A stretch of 64,000 bases of DNA from a virus (IMGVR_UViG_3300031555_002371:64001-128000), one strand, 5' to 3'. Counted from the stretch's first letter, positions 28,214 through 38,083 are shown. Translations and numbers: made by a program. The notes: a model not told the origin generated them from the letters alone.

Positions 28214-28449
28214 AACTATTTACTCCTTTTGTTTTAATTAAACTATTTATTTAAACTTTTCAATGAGATTTGCGGCTGGCACAGCAGTTGCCATGCCAGC
28301 GCACCACAAAGAAAAGAGAAAGATAAAGAAATGAAAGCAGAGGGTATATATCCCTCTATTATACGAAAAAACAGGTTTTTCAGATTCAGTTTTAAGCCTC
28401 GAAAGTTTCGGGGCTAAGAGGGGGTAAAATAAAATTCATCTAAAAATTG

Positions 28450-29322
28450 TTAAACGGAATTTTTATTTTTCTTTCGCTCTCTATCATATGCCTTTACAAA
28501 TTCTCGTTGACAACTCACACATCTACAAGTACGATTGTTCTTGGAGTCCACTTGAAATTCATAACCACAATCTACGCATTTGATGGTTTTTATTTCTTGC
28601 GGAGAATATTGTGTGCAGGAAGAACAGTATTTCTTCGTACCATTTTTGTTGCCCTTGGTTAAGATATCGCATTCGCTGCAACGAATATAATTTTCTCCTT
28701 TGTATTTTAGATACTCATATCCAAGCTCACGGAAGTCATAAACTTGAAATACTTTTTCGCTCTCGTCATCGACAAATGTAACTCGACAACTTAAATTATC
28801 ATTTCGTTTTGGCAATTCCAATAGACCCAGTTTGCGCAATTTTCCAATCTTAATGTCGCGGTCTTGTAAGTTGCAAGTAATGCGAGCCAAAGTGAAAATC
28901 TCTTTGTCGCCAACGTTAACCCATCCGTTGTTTTGTGCATTTTTAATATTTCCAAGTTTAGCAAGACACAAGAATGTGAAAATCAATCGTTCAAGAACTT
29001 TATTGTGGATACCCGTTATGGTATCAAGCTCAGATTGAGTAATCCATACACCGTCTATTTGGTATAATGTGTATTTCCCAGCGTTGCTCGCTATACGTTC
29101 AATATTGGCATCCCAATCGAGTTTATTGTTTTCGTAGTGTGGATAGTTTTTCTCCATAAAATCAATTAGCAGGGAAGTTATTTTCTTCTTTCGATATCCA
29201 AGGTGATGATAATAATATTTTGCCAGAATCGAAAGTGTGGAAAACGGCTTTCCTACAATCTGCCCATTGTTAATACAATTTTCGGCAAATTCTTTTTCGT
29301 TAAGAATAATCATCAATCTCAC
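28450..29322 (-). CDS. Hypothetical protein with C-terminal Zn ribbons (possible RNAP-associated factor)
   Basis: Four CxxC pairs; overlaps end of RNAP gene; RBS AGGAGG. Confidence 0.7.
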   Translation of the reverse strand: MRLMIILNEKEFAENCINNGQIVGKPFSTLSILAKYYYHHLGYRKKKITSLLIDFMEKNYPHYENNKLDWDANIERIASNAGKYTLYQIDGVWITQSELDTITGIHNKVLERLIFTFLCLAKLGNIKNAQNNGWVNVGDKEIFTLARITCNLQDRDIKIGKLRKLGLLELPKRNDNLSCRVTFVDDESEKVFQVYDFRELGYEYLKYKGENYIRCSECDILTKGNKNGTKKYCSSCTQYSPQEIKTIKCVDCGYEFQVDSKNNRTCRCVSCQREFVKAYDRERKKNKNSV

Positions 29323-32107
29323 CTCCTAATGTTTTGGTTTTCATAACGAAGTCGATTCCGCAATATTGGAAATCGCCAACATCGTCTGTCTGCTCCGGGA
29401 ACTGAATCTGCCCGCCAGAGTTCCTAAGTAAATTTTTTATAATAACATTCCCACTAACATCCCACGCAAACTGTTTGGAATTCTCAGTGTGATAAAGCAT
29501 ATCAATAACAATATTACATAATTCATCTTCGTTGGAACAAATTTTTTCGCATTCGCTTTTGAACCACTTGGAACAAACATCTCTTTCCATCCAGAGGTCA
29601 TAAATATCTACCTTTTGGTTCTCACTTTTCTTTTTGAATAGTTCTAACTTCTGAAGGTATTCCTTGTATATTGCATAAACCTTGTTAAAGTCGTGTTTAC
29701 TATATTCCGCGTCACTTTTCAATATAGAGCAATCAAAAGTAGGCTGCTCACACTTCTTTGACAAATACCCTTTAAATGTCTGCTCAAACAACCAGCATAT
29801 TCTATTGACGATACAGGCATTTGTTCCAACAGGTTTGAGTTTATAATAATAATCCAAATACTCAATCATTTCTTCGGTCTTATCCTGATATGCTTCAAGC
29901 TCTTGAATTGTGTAAATACCGTATTCCCAGAATCTTCTGGCTACACCTTGATTGTTGCTTTTTTGGTAGAGATTATTTTGAGTTTTAAGGCTTGGATACA
30001 CATAAGTCATAAAATACGGCTTATTAGCAGCCACAATAGACTTATTAAATTCTTTTCTTTTGATTGCATCCTCGTCATCGGTGTCCTTGATTTTATTGTC
30101 TCGATAACTATACCAATAGCTTGGCATTGATTTTGCGATAACGCCTTTCGCTCTATCAATTGTGTTTTGCTGATAAAGCTGTCCGCACATAATGCGATAA
30201 CCAAGTGTCTCATATTCTATTGTCCCAGGTTCAAATCCTGCTTGAACCTCAAACATTCCGGTGATATGATTTGTTACTGTTCCGATATCGTCGTTAAATG
30301 CAAGTTTGTTTGCTTGTATGATATCATCTTCGCTTGGAATTTTCTTATCCGCTTTTCGCTGTACACACATAATTGTTTTCAGGTTTTGTGTATTATGTAA
30401 AATAACGGGGTTGTCGGTACACATATTTGTATCACCGTCTTTATCAGCTCCGTTCATAGCGTCACAAGCAGTATCAAAAGCATTGAAAATAAGAGCGGTG
30501 GTGATATACTGATACCAATAGCGAGTGTCCTCGTTATTTGCAAGCCTCATTCTGCGGATATTGTTATGACACGTCATTGGCGCACGAAAACAAGCAATTT
30601 CTTCGGCGGATCGGTCAATCCAATATTTGTGATATACCTCTCCCGCTTTTAGCAATCCTGTGATTTCAAGTCCGAACATACTCTGTGCCAATGCATAAGG
30701 GTCTCCGCTAATCATTGCAAAATTTGCATTGATACGAATTGCGCCCCTCTCACCCATTTCAATACGCTTACGAATCATATTCCAGATTTTGTGACGAATG
30801 TGCGGGTCATTAATCATACGCTTATCTGCCATGAGAGCTTTTACGCAGTAATCTATATTATCGCCAAAGGCGTTTTTTTCGTTTAAGCCGAAACCAGCAA
30901 GAAACACAATACTCTTGCGGTAGTCCATACCCAGAATATCCTTAATCTCATCAATGGTCGGTTGGCAAAGTTCGTATAGTTCTTCGTCAGTAAAATGATA
31001 ACTCTGTAAAAATTGGTAATTGGTGTCTCTAACACCCTCTAATTTGTTAGGTGTAGTTTTGGGTGTGGAGAACTGATAATGATTTTCTTGGCAATTACGA
31101 TAAAAGTCCTCCCAGCTATCATAGCTATCCCAGAGCTTCAACATTGATACAGTAAGAATAACTTCAGCGTTTCTTATATCCCTCTTGTCGCCCCACGCAT
31201 CTGTTATCTCATAAGTCCCTGCGACCTTTTCCGCAAACTCCAAAAAGTCAAATGTATATACCATCCCCTTAGTCCATGCATATCGTGTATTCATACCGGC
31301 AATAGTATGTTCGCCATCACCAGTTAAATACTCATTAACCTTTCTGGAATAAGAGGGGAGCATTAAGCCGTAGCCATCAGAGTCATTGTGTTCGATTTCA
31401 AAATCGTTTTCATAACTCATAATCGGCTCATCACTATTTTCATCATTGAGAAGAATGATATCTTCTTTAAAGCGGGTAATGCAATCATTCACAACAATAA
31501 TACCGTTTGGCTCTGGTATAGGGACGGAACCAGAGCAGATAAGTGCTTGGTATGCTTCGAGTTTGGCTGGTACAAGCTCTTTTTCTATATTACGCCCATT
31601 ATCAAGTCGCTTTTTTAACTCAGGATATATTTCTTCGTTTACGTAAACAATCGTGGAGTTTTTAATGCCGCCATTTGTGCCGAGAAATCTACGATATCGG
31701 ATAATGCAACTCTTTCCATCAATTTGACCGAAGTTGATTGAGAACCCGTCATTTGCTCTATCATAATCGGCGTTGTTCTCCATGATTACACAAACATAAT
31801 CTTTTTGGAACTGCAGATTATACAAATTATCGTAATACTTGTTAATCAGCATTTTTGTTTCTCTTGTTTTTGGTTTTTTCTTTGTGTCTCTAATCTTTCT
31901 CTGAATACATCTTACAGCATCATTGATGTCGTTCTGGTTATTGATTTCATCAATGAAGCGTAAACATTGGCTGTCGTTCAATGCCACTATGCAATCCGGG
32001 CAATCGCGCATAGCAGTTTTCAGAGGGAGAGTAAGATTCCAATTGGCTATTTTAAGTTGTTTGCTCGAAAGTTTATAAATTAATTTGTGACAACTTTTTT
32101 GTTCCAT
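29300..32107 (-). CDS. YonO-like single-subunit RNA polymerase (RdRP-like double-psi barrel)
   Basis: 935 aa; SDGYG, RYAWTKG, FRAPM, catalytic GADKDGD, IGTVTN, QNTIDRAKG. Confidence 0.88.
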   Translation of the reverse strand: MEQKSCHKLIYKLSSKQLKIANWNLTLPLKTAMRDCPDCIVALNDSQCLRFIDEINNQNDINDAVRCIQRKIRDTKKKPKTRETKMLINKYYDNLYNLQFQKDYVCVIMENNADYDRANDGFSINFGQIDGKSCIIRYRRFLGTNGGIKNSTIVYVNEEIYPELKKRLDNGRNIEKELVPAKLEAYQALICSGSVPIPEPNGIIVVNDCITRFKEDIILLNDENSDEPIMSYENDFEIEHNDSDGYGLMLPSYSRKVNEYLTGDGEHTIAGMNTRYAWTKGMVYTFDFLEFAEKVAGTYEITDAWGDKRDIRNAEVILTVSMLKLWDSYDSWEDFYRNCQENHYQFSTPKTTPNKLEGVRDTNYQFLQSYHFTDEELYELCQPTIDEIKDILGMDYRKSIVFLAGFGLNEKNAFGDNIDYCVKALMADKRMINDPHIRHKIWNMIRKRIEMGERGAIRINANFAMISGDPYALAQSMFGLEITGLLKAGEVYHKYWIDRSAEEIACFRAPMTCHNNIRRMRLANNEDTRYWYQYITTALIFNAFDTACDAMNGADKDGDTNMCTDNPVILHNTQNLKTIMCVQRKADKKIPSEDDIIQANKLAFNDDIGTVTNHITGMFEVQAGFEPGTIEYETLGYRIMCGQLYQQNTIDRAKGVIAKSMPSYWYSYRDNKIKDTDDEDAIKRKEFNKSIVAANKPYFMTYVYPSLKTQNNLYQKSNNQGVARRFWEYGIYTIQELEAYQDKTEEMIEYLDYYYKLKPVGTNACIVNRICWLFEQTFKGYLSKKCEQPTFDCSILKSDAEYSKHDFNKVYAIYKEYLQKLELFKKKSENQKVDIYDLWMERDVCSKWFKSECEKICSNEDELCNIVIDMLYHTENSKQFAWDVSGNVIIKNLLRNSGGQIQFPEQTDDVGDFQYCGIDFVMKTKTLGGEIDDYS

Positions 32108-32191
32108 GCTCTACCTCCAATCTTGTAATATAAAATCTCTCGTTTTCTCTCTTGTTCAGATTTAGTTTTAAGTTTTTAAGTAAAAGGCTTT

Positions 32192-32512
32192 TTACAGCCA
32201 CACTCTAAATTGTTGTTCTTTTTCAAGCCATCGTGATTGTAGATTTTTCTCGTACTTCAATAAATCCACAATCTGATATATGTAATAACAGTAATCTATC
32301 TCACCATGTCTAATAAGATATAAAACACTATTAATAAAAGCTTCGTATGAAGTTTCCAAACCACAAGATAAATTTGGGTCGGGAAGTGCCGATTCTAATT
32401 GTGCCTGCTTTTTCAATTTCATGAAATCGCGCTGCCAATCATTATTCGTGTACCCCTTTGGTGGCTTTGATAATGTTCTATCTAAATTTGTATATGAGTT
32501 CTCGCCTTGCAT
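32192..32512 (-). CDS. Hypothetical protein
   Basis: RBS GAGGAGG before ATG 32512; first gene behind promoter at 32586-32614. Confidence 0.6.
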   Translation of the reverse strand: MQGENSYTNLDRTLSKPPKGYTNNDWQRDFMKLKKQAQLESALPDPNLSCGLETSYEAFINSVLYLIRHGEIDYCYYIYQIVDLLKYEKNLQSRWLEKEQQFRVWL

Positions 32513-32585
32513 ATGTGTATATATCCTCCTTTCTTCTATGATGTTTTTAGTCCGCCTGTTAATACAGTTTTCTAATCCTGCACAC

Positions 32586-32614
32586 ATTATATCACGGTTA
32601 AGAATATTTGTCAA
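32586..32614 (-). promoter_or_regulatory. sigmaA promoter for RNAP operon
   Basis: TTGACA-17-TATAAT with TG, preceded by TCTGAAAAACC. Confidence 0.85.
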
Positions 32615-33006
32615 GTGGTTTTTCAGAAATAGTTATATTTTTTTTGTTAAACCACGTAAAGCTCTTAGCAACAGAGCAAATACGGTTTATCACTATAGCA
32701 TATAATATATATATAATAATTAAGACTGTCTTACATATAGTCTTAATTTAAGACAGTCTTATATTAAGTATTAATTTATACGAACATCTTATAGTATTTT
32801 AGTCTTATAAGTATAAATTAATACCGATGAGCTTGGTGCAAGATATCATATCGGCAACAAGCTCATACGACCTATTATCGCGTTATTACAAATTTTCGGA
32901 ATGTACTTCCAAAATGTTTACCAGTGTTTATATTTCCGAAATTATAATATGCACAAACGTATTTTCTACATTTATTTACAATTAAAAAGGAAGTTATTTT
33001 GCGAAT

Positions 33007-33252
33007 ATCGAAACTTTCGTGATTTGAATTTTTCAAATTCTTTATTTTTGCGGACTATCAAACAAAGTTGTTCAACATTAAAGTTTTTACCGAAAAATCT
33101 AAATATAAATATCGAAACTTTCGTGATTTAATTTTGTTTTTGAGTTATTTCGGGAATAATTTTTTAACTTCGGTAAATTGCGAAACTTTCGGAGTTATAG
33201 GTTAGAATCGATAATTTTCGGCAAACATCGAAACTTTCGTGATTTAATTTTG
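33007..33252. repeat. Four iteron-like CGAAACTTTCG repeats (three extended to ATCGAAACTTTCGTGATTT)
   Basis: Cores at 33009, 33113, 33181, 33229. Confidence 0.8.
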
Positions 33253-33510
33253 GCATGGGATTTTTTTATTTATAGATTTTTGGCAGAAAAAATTTTTTTT
33301 GAGAGTGAAGGTGATCACATTCCGGCTTTTGTTCCGGTTCTCGAAAGTCTCGAAATGTAAATATATCCCCATATATGCCACAAGTCTATAAAAGTACAAA
33401 AAATAGAGTTATAAACGCCTATAATATAGGTATTTCCCTATTGTATATAATTATTATATATATAACATCATTGTTCCGCTTTTTGATTTTCGGCATGATT
33501 TTCGGTATGA

Positions 33511-33660
33511 GTTAGCCTATGCTAACTAAACGGTTATCAGTCTCCACATCATCGGATTTTATCGGATTTATAGAAAATATAATCATTCAGAACATACCAC
33601 ATCATATAGTTAGTCAATGCTAACCATGTATGCCCAGGTTATAAGTTAGCATATGCTAAC
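33511..33660. promoter_or_regulatory. Three GTTAG-N6-CTAAC palindromic boxes
   Basis: 33511 GTTAGCCTATGCTAAC, 33609 GTTAGTCAATGCTAAC, 33645 GTTAGCATATGCTAAC; fourth copy at 42649. Confidence 0.65.
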
Positions 33661-33800
33661 CATTTATGGCGATATTCCGCAAAATCCAGGTTTTTATACA
33701 CTATTCACAAAATACCCATATCCATCTACCATTTGCAAGGCTTGGTATTGTGCAAAAATCACAAATCACAAAAATTTCAAAAAAACTTTTGCAAAACCTC

Positions 33801-33829
33801 TTGACATACTCAGCAGAGTATGCTATAAT
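33801..33829 (+). promoter_or_regulatory. sigmaA promoter with CATACTC-N4-GAGTATG operator
   Basis: TTGACA-17-TATAAT. Confidence 0.85.
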
Positions 33830-33920
33830 GGTGTCACGATGAAGGGCGGATCAAAACAAAATCCGCCATCATTCAAAAGTCAATAACTAAATCTGAACAA
33901 CAAAAAGAGAGGTAAACGCA

Positions 33921-34277
33921 ATGATTAAAAATGCAAGACTTGAAAATTTATTTGTTCTTTCCCACAAAGTCACGGTATATGTGCCAGTGACAAAGAACGA
34001 CGAAAACGGCGCGCACGAAATCGATAATACAAAATATGTTGATGATATGGCGCACACATTGGCGAACCTTTTCGGGGGTGCAACATCTACCGATGCTATT
34101 GGTTATTGGGTATCCGATGAAAGAGGACTTGAAAAAGAGAATACAAAGATGGTATTTGCCTATGCCGAAAGCCTTGACGAAATCGATGTTGTAATTGACA
34201 AATGCGAAGCAATCAAAACCGAATTGAATCAAGATGCAATTGCTCTTGAAATCGATGGTCAAATGTATTTCATCTAA
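33921..34277 (+). CDS. Hypothetical protein
   Basis: 118 aa, RBS GAGAGG; LFGGATSTDAIGYW. Confidence 0.75.
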   Translation: MIKNARLENLFVLSHKVTVYVPVTKNDENGAHEIDNTKYVDDMAHTLANLFGGATSTDAIGYWVSDERGLEKENTKMVFAYAESLDEIDVVIDKCEAIKTELNQDAIALEIDGQMYFI

Positions 34278-34340
34278 TGCAGAGTAACGCCCGAAATGGG
34301 CGGTAATGCAACCGAAGGCGGTTACAAGTCCGCGACGATG
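34271..34340 (+). ncRNA. Twister ribozyme, permuted type P5
   Basis: P2 UGCA/UGCA, GA, T1 GUA/UAC, P1 CGCCC/GGGCG, UAA, T2 AC/GU, P4 GCGG/CCGC, P5 CAUC/GAUG. Confidence 0.85.
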
Positions 34341-34368
34341 CAAGCGAACAATGAAAAGAGGTTAAACC

Positions 34369-34677
34369 ATGAAACGAATTGACATTGATAAATGTATCAA
34401 GGCGAAAAGCATTGAAAAGGCATCAAGGATCTTTGCCGAACATCTTACCCGAAACGGTTATGAATGGGCAGCGGAGGAAGTTGTGGAATGCGTGGCGAAT
34501 GGGTACTATTGCCAAAGCAATGCAATGGAACACAACCTCCCGAAAGAAAAGGTCACACATCCCACATCATCCGATTGGTCATACTATTGGGCGATTGAGG
34601 AAATAGACGATGGCAAATATTATGCATGGTTTATCGAAAGAATGGAGGAAGATAAAAAAAATGACGGTTTGTATTGA
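34369..34677 (+). CDS. Hypothetical protein
   Basis: RBS GAGG. Confidence 0.7.
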   Translation: MKRIDIDKCIKAKSIEKASRIFAEHLTRNGYEWAAEEVVECVANGYYCQSNAMEHNLPKEKVTHPTSSDWSYYWAIEEIDDGKYYAWFIERMEEDKKNDGLY

Positions 34678-34900
34678 AAGTTATAAGGGAAACGGCAATT
34701 ATTGCGAAATCGAAATAGCGGAAGGATATTCTAATAATATCTATGTTGTTAGTGTTTGCCCGATTGTCAACGAGAAGGAAAGCCTTGTCGGATATCCTTT
34801 CAGAAAAGCGGTATATCCGATTAGCGAAAAGAAAAAAGCGATGGCAACATATAGAAGATATATTAGAACCTATTGCAAGGAAGCGAAGGAAAAGCAATGA
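34661..34900 (+). CDS. Hypothetical protein
   Basis: RBS GGAGG. Confidence 0.65.
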   Translation: MTVCIESYKGNGNYCEIEIAEGYSNNIYVVSVCPIVNEKESLVGYPFRKAVYPISEKKKAMATYRRYIRTYCKEAKEKQ

Positions 34901-35121
34901 AAAAGCAAATATCTTTTGAATTCATCCAGGAATGCGGAAAAAATTTCACGCCATCCCACAAAATCGCGGAATGGGCGAAACGAAACCGAATGGAAATCAG
35001 CAACCGATATTTCAGTACCTATATCAAGGTAAACGGAATTGAATACACATATCATCATTATCACATCGAAGCAACCGAAAACGGAAAAGAAAAAGTCACG
35101 ATTTATATGGAGGAAATTTGA
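34897..35121 (+). CDS. Hypothetical protein
   Basis: ATGA overlap, RBS AAGGA. Confidence 0.65.
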   Translation: MKKQISFEFIQECGKNFTPSHKIAEWAKRNRMEISNRYFSTYIKVNGIEYTYHHYHIEATENGKEKVTIYMEEI

Positions 35122-35122
35122 G

Positions 35123-35533
35123 ATGGCAAAGATTACAAGAGAACAATTCAACAAGTGGAACGCCCAGGCGAAAAACGGTTTTCAATTTGATTTGAAATGT
35201 TTCGCGGTATGGAACGAAAAGACCTTGACAAAGAAAATCAAGATGGAAAACGGCGATATCATCGAATTCAAAATCGAATACAATAAAGAATTTGAAACGA
35301 AAACCAACGAATGGGGATGCAAGTGGAATGTGGAAACGGGTCGATATATCCCGATGCTTTATATCACACATTGGAAACCTTCGACAAGCGGATGTTATCA
35401 TTCAAGCGGAAGGGAAAAATCAGAAGTCCTCGGAAGTCCGGAAAATTCCAAAAAGTACAATGTACTTTGTAAGCTCTCCGAAACGGTCAACACCGACGAA
35501 TACATGGAAGAATTCACAAAGAAAAGCGCATAA
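35123..35533 (+). CDS. Hypothetical protein
   Basis: RBS GGAGG. Confidence 0.7.
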   Translation: MAKITREQFNKWNAQAKNGFQFDLKCFAVWNEKTLTKKIKMENGDIIEFKIEYNKEFETKTNEWGCKWNVETGRYIPMLYITHWKPSTSGCYHSSGREKSEVLGSPENSKKYNVLCKLSETVNTDEYMEEFTKKSA

Positions 35534-35547
35534 TACACAAAATAAAA

Positions 35548-35624
35548 TGCAGACGGAATCCGCCGAAAGGGAGGCGAAACGAAAAGGCGGATTTAATGCA
35601 GCCGATGGAGCGTCCGAAGCCGCT
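35548..35624 (+). ncRNA. Twister ribozyme, permuted type P5-like
   Basis: UGCA-GA-CGG-AAUCCGCC..GGCGGAUU-UAA-UGCA-GC..AGCG-U-CCG-AA-GC-CGCU; T1 CGG/CCG, T2 GC/GC. Confidence 0.8.
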
Positions 35625-35649
35625 ATATAGATTAGGAAGGAAAAATGCA

Positions 35650-35889
35650 ATGACACGCCAGGAACGAATGGAAGATATCAAGAATAGATTTGATTTAGCA
35701 CTTGCCGAAAGGAATTTCACCGAACCAGGAACGGAAAATTACAAGACATTATCGGAATGCGCAAAGCTCATTTTGAATGAGTATCAACGGATGCAACGGT
35801 CAAAGCAACATCAACACATCCGATATGGCTTTAGGCTTTACGGAACAACATATCACATAGTAACATTGAATCAATATCAAAGAGTATGA
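35650..35889 (+). CDS. Hypothetical protein
   Basis: RBS AGGAAGG. Confidence 0.6.
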   Translation: MTRQERMEDIKNRFDLALAERNFTEPGTENYKTLSECAKLILNEYQRMQRSKQHQHIRYGFRLYGTTYHIVTLNQYQRV

Positions 35890-35904
35890 AAGGAAGATAT
35901 CAAA

Positions 35905-36357
35905 ATGAAGTTTGCGGAATTTAGAGCGGAAATCATCAAGGCATACATGAAACACTTCCCGAATGGGCATTGCGCGGTAGAGCTTTATAAATGCCTCGGA
36001 AATAGTATCACAATTGATTGTCACATCTCACCGAATGGAAGATGCGGAAACGATATGATGATGGTTTGCCTTCGTTTGGAATTGCCCGATAGATTTAATA
36101 TATCGGAAGATAACCTTCCCGAAAGCATGACGATGGAGGCATGGCGTAATTACTATTTGACTATTCCCGATAATAAATATATGGCGTATGGAAGCAATAA
36201 GGCAGCATTCCGGAAATCAAGCGGAACGGCGGAAAAGATGGTCAACGTGGCGGAAAAATTCTTTTCCAGGCTCTACGAATCCATCAAGGCGGATTATCTC
36301 GGCGGAAGAATTCATAAAGATCATGCGGAATATGTGAAGGCGAATGTTGAAAAATAA
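35905..36357 (+). CDS. Hypothetical protein
   Basis: 150 aa, RBS AAGGA. Confidence 0.7.
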   Translation: MKFAEFRAEIIKAYMKHFPNGHCAVELYKCLGNSITIDCHISPNGRCGNDMMMVCLRLELPDRFNISEDNLPESMTMEAWRNYYLTIPDNKYMAYGSNKAAFRKSSGTAEKMVNVAEKFFSRLYESIKADYLGGRIHKDHAEYVKANVEK

Positions 36358-36392
36358 TTCTGAAAATTTCAAAAAACTTTTACAAAACCACC

Positions 36393-36421
36393 TTGACATA
36401 CTCGGCAGAGTATGATATAAT
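36393..36421 (+). promoter_or_regulatory. sigmaA promoter with CATACTC-N4-GAGTATG operator
   Basis: TTGACA-17-TATAAT. Confidence 0.85.
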
Positions 36422-36457
36422 ATAGGTGTAATAAGGAAAGCAACGGAGGAACATCAC

Positions 36458-36706
36458 ATGGAAATCATTAAAATCGGAAGCGTTGAGTTAACCAAAGAGG
36501 AAGCGGAAAAGCTCTACGAAAGCGGAAAATACATCGTAACATTTAGCCGTATTTATCAATTGCATTATAGCAATGCACAAAAAAGAGTATACGGAACGGA
36601 AATTTATAGGCAGCAAGGCATGGCACGACGCGGAAGATTTTATGCTATGGATGCAAAGACGGTCAATCATCTTCTCGGTTTTGCATTGGTAAATGAGGAT
36701 ATATAA
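36458..36706 (+). CDS. Hypothetical protein
   Basis: RBS GGAGG. Confidence 0.7.
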   Translation: MEIIKIGSVELTKEEAEKLYESGKYIVTFSRIYQLHYSNAQKRVYGTEIYRQQGMARRGRFYAMDAKTVNHLLGFALVNEDI

Positions 36707-36781
36707 GATGAAAAGAAACGAAATCCGGTTACGACCCGATTATGCGGAAGATTGAAAAGTACATCAAGGAGGAAAAGTAAA

Positions 36782-37237
36782 ATGCAAAGATATGGGGCTT
36801 TTGAAAAGAGAATGAATATCGCAGGAAAATTTCATAAGGTTAGCGAAGATCCTATTGTGATTGGATTTATCGGAAACGTAAATGCGGAAGATTTGAATGC
36901 GGAAACCATCGAATATATAAAAACCTTTTATAATGTGAGAGGGAAGAATCATCACATGACAAAAGATTATAAAGTGAAAATCAATCAAAGCCTTTATAAT
37001 AGTTTTATGGTTATTGATGAAAACCATTTTGAATTTGAATATAGACTTTTGAGCCGATGCAAGCAGGATTGTGAATACTATCTCGGATACGGCGGAAGAT
37101 GTGATAAACACCTATGGGCAGGGAATCCGAAAGATCATATCGCAAAGATGCGCGAGCTTTACAACATCGTACCCGAAAAGCCGGAATGGTTGACCGAAGA
37201 ACAAATAAACGAATACGCCGAAAGGATGGGAGTATAA
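36782..37237 (+). CDS. LPD11-like domain protein
   Basis: YRLLSRCKQDCEYYLGYG..HLWAG..HIAKMRELY..KPEWLT. Confidence 0.7.
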   Translation: MQRYGAFEKRMNIAGKFHKVSEDPIVIGFIGNVNAEDLNAETIEYIKTFYNVRGKNHHMTKDYKVKINQSLYNSFMVIDENHFEFEYRLLSRCKQDCEYYLGYGGRCDKHLWAGNPKDHIAKMRELYNIVPEKPEWLTEEQINEYAERMGV

Positions 37238-37238
37238 G

Positions 37239-37640
37239 ATGGAAGTTTTGAACATGGAAAACGTCAACGAGATATGGGAATACGCTTGCAGCGGAGAGAT
37301 TGAAAATCTCAAAGCGTATTATGAGAACGGCGGACAAAAGGATGCGAGATATTACGGATGCGGAAAATATCATTCCTTGATTATGGGAGCATTAAGGAAT
37401 GAACAATATGAAACCGTTGAATACCTTTTGAGCGTTGGCGAAACGGTCAGAGCCGATGAAGTTATGGAGTTTAACAGCGCATACGGATTTGAAAAAAGCA
37501 TTGAACGCCTTGAGGAATTGTTCAGAGCCTCCCTTGATTGGATGCGCCAGCATATGCCCAAAGATGAATATATCAATGTGATGTATGATAAATTGAGCAT
37601 GACACCGGGCGAAATCGTAAAGTATAGCAAAGAGTATTAA
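37239..37640 (+). CDS. Hypothetical protein with ankyrin-like repeat
   Basis: YACSGEIENLK..SLIMGALRNEQYETVEYLLSVG. Confidence 0.55.
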   Translation: MEVLNMENVNEIWEYACSGEIENLKAYYENGGQKDARYYGCGKYHSLIMGALRNEQYETVEYLLSVGETVRADEVMEFNSAYGFEKSIERLEELFRASLDWMRQHMPKDEYINVMYDKLSMTPGEIVKYSKEY

Positions 37641-37654
37641 AAGGAGATGTAAAG

Positions 37655-37834
37655 ATGGAAATTATCGGTGGAATTATAGTCACATTCAATATCTTTTTGG
37701 TGTTGGGCATTGTCGGTGGAATAGAGCATAACACAATATCAATGTCAACCGGATTTTTGATTTGCATGGCGATTATCGGAATAACCGCATTGATATTCAA
37801 AGGAATGGAAGTTTTTCAAAAGATAAAAAAATAA
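37655..37834 (+). CDS. Small two-TM membrane protein (59 aa)
   Basis: Manually read; RBS AAGGAG; two hydrophobic stretches. Confidence 0.6.
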   Translation: MEIIGGIIVTFNIFLVLGIVGGIEHNTISMSTGFLICMAIIGITALIFKGMEVFQKIKK

Positions 37835-37848
37835 ATCTGAAAAACCTC

Positions 37849-37899
37849 TTGACAAATCAGAGCGAACGTGATATAATGTGTATAGTAAATGAGTTACAA
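37849..37899 (+). promoter_or_regulatory. sigmaA promoter with AGTAAATGAGTTACAA box
   Basis: TTGACA-17-TATAAT, box at 37884. Confidence 0.85.
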
Positions 37900-37921
37900 T
37901 AAACAACAAGAGGTATTAAAA

Positions 37922-38083
37922 ATGAAAACCATCGTAATGAACACACTTGCAAAGGTAAATAAGGATTCCACCCTTGATGAAATCAAGGCTGTTATGAAGG
38001 CTGAATGTGCAAAGGTCACATTCAAGATCACCGATAGTGATTGGAACAATATGCTCACCGAAGTGCTTTACGAGTTGATGTGA
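37922..38083 (+). CDS. Small hypothetical protein
   Basis: RBS GAGG. Confidence 0.55.
   Translation: MKTIVMNTLAKVNKDSTLDEIKAVMKAECAKVTFKITDSDWNNMLTEVLYELM

Noticed and set aside
33007-33252. CRISPR array
   Set aside because: Short repeats, irregular spacing (104, 68, 48 nt), no cas genes
32901-33886. Short ORFs in the divergent intergenic region
   Set aside because: No RBS, low complexity, overlap repeats and promoter
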